64,000 bases of DNA from Eledone cirrhosa (lineage: Eukaryota): positions 239,816,001 to 239,880,000 of the forward strand of contig OZ024741.1 of assembly GCA_964016885.1 (NCBI GenBank), given 5' to 3'. This document shows positions 62,363 through 64,000 of this stretch, one piece after another. A program made the position numbers and the translations under genes. Below the pieces are notes generated by a model. That model was not told the DNA's origin and made no database searches. It worked only from the letters and a program-made list of their open reading frames with translations. Position 1 is the stretch's first letter; each line of letters begins with the position of its first letter.

Positions 62363-64000
62363 ATCTGTTTTGGATCAAAATTTCATTAGGGAAGGATGGA
62401 GGAAAAAGAATAAACACAGATAATTTTGATTTGTATTTTATTAAAAAAAAATTAAATAGGAAAGACACCACAGGTAATATTTCGTTTTCATATAAGGACA
62501 CATAAAAACTTGGCTAAAACAATTATGTGTTTCTCTGTATGTAACACCACTATAATTCAACAGAACATTTACAGACTACATCCAGTGCAATATATTTACA
62601 GTGTCTGAGTACCAATTAAGTAAATTTGATATGAAAATATTTAAATATAAATGAATGGTAGTAACTTAAGAATAATTTGAGGTAATCTCAAATTTGAGGC
62701 AAGAGATCATTTGAAATAAGGAAAATAAATCATAAATCTGTAGAAGATAAGGTTTAAAAAATGTTAATATACCAACTGGGTTTAAATCAATACATTTACC
62801 TTATTATTTTGAATTTGTATGCCAGAGAAAAAAAAATCAAAAACAAAAAACAAACATCCAGTGTCGGCTAAATATGATTAGCTCTAAGTAGAATACATTT
62901 TCTATTAAAGTATACATATCAAGAACAATTTAGAATGTTTTATGTAAAATATGTATATTGTTTAGAAATCAAAACAAAAGAAAAACAGCAACAAAAGTAA
63001 TTAAAAGAATGTCAGTAAATGTAATTCATGAATCATCTAAAATTATTCTGGTCGCAGTTTCTTTTCATACTTAATGACCAATGAGATTTTCTCTGAAATG
63101 AAAAGGATTTGTACACAAAATCCCCAGGTTATTTTGAAGATTAATCTGGGGTTTTTTTTAAAACATGAAGCAACACACACACACACATACACACACACAC
63201 ACACACACAAATAAAACTAGGATGCCACATAGCTTCTTCGTTTAGTGTCTGTTATTGAAAAAAAATTAAGCGTTCTATCTATTAAGCTGATAACTCAAAG
63301 CTTTAAATTTATCAGGAATGGCATATTCCAAATTTAAATTTTACATAGTGGAACAAATAATCTAAAAGATTATATTTCATTGGATGAATTTATAAGCAAC
63401 CACCCCAATAAAAAAAAAACACTGCAAGGAAGAAGTTTTATAGCAGAATAGACTAACCATAAGATGGTTCTTATCGCAAATACGATCATGTAACACATGA
63501 ATCATTGCTGGAGGAAAGTATAGTCTATCAATCAATCATTCTAGTATCATCTGCGTCAAAGGTCAGCTTGAGATGACATATCACTTCTTTTTGTTGTTCA
63601 CATAACTATGTTGCCTTTTATTGGCATTTTGACAAAATTCTTATTAGTCTTCCACATATATATTTGTATTCTCTTTGTCCTCTGCCTCTTTCCTTTTGAA
63701 ATGGTTTTCATCTTAGTGTTGTCTCTTTTGGTATATTCAAAGATTTATATTTTCTTAGGTGTAACATAAAAAAAAAAAAAAATTTTTTTTCCATCCATTT
63801 TATACAATCTGATTATCCAAATACCGATAATCCAAATGATTCCATGTCTTTCCATTTCTTTATTAGATAAAAAGTTTTTTTAACTCTTTACAAAACTTTA
63901 TTTAGTGAAAAATATCAAGAATATTTTTCTCCACTAACAATTCTCAATCATGTATAGATCATGATATTTAAATTTTATTCTTTGGTCTATGATATTCAAA

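Noticed and set aside
63800-63840. Tigger-like TIR (caatctgattatccaaat)
   Set aside because: Too short and diverged, with no partner end in the window.
13500-64000. Additional protocadherin exons or pseudo-exons
   Set aside because: No cadherin motifs (DxNDN, LDRE, AxDxG) in any other ORF; very decayed copies cannot be excluded without tBLASTn.

Overview
AT-rich, microsatellite- and transposon-dense animal genomic DNA, most consistent with a coleoid cephalopod (Octopus-like); the taxon is inferred from the protocadherin type and the repeat landscape. Only one host gene is visible: a large minus-strand protocadherin exon (11046-13468) encoding a signal peptide, 6 cadherin repeats, a TM helix and the start of the cytoplasmic tail, with a splice acceptor before the ATG and a donor before the stop. 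The rest is layered mobile DNA: a near-full-length Tx1/L1-clade LINE, many RTE LINE fragments (one family carries a PHD-type finger), CR1-like and Penelope remnants, at least two tRNA-derived SINE families, non-autonomous Helitrons, MITEs and minisatellites. Best structural observations: (1) a Penelope RT split in frame by an 11-kb nested Helitron/Tx1/RTE/SINE insertion; (2) a 5.5-kb-offset duplication whose 213-bp inverted repeat shows a compensatory T-A/C-G change between copies; (3) an inverted RTE chimera that appears to have retrotransposed again by twin priming; (4) a SINE whose TSDs all begin with ATTAT. No CRISPR array, rRNA gene or intact tRNA gene was found. Family names come from motif recognition without database searches, and boundaries of degraded elements are approximate.
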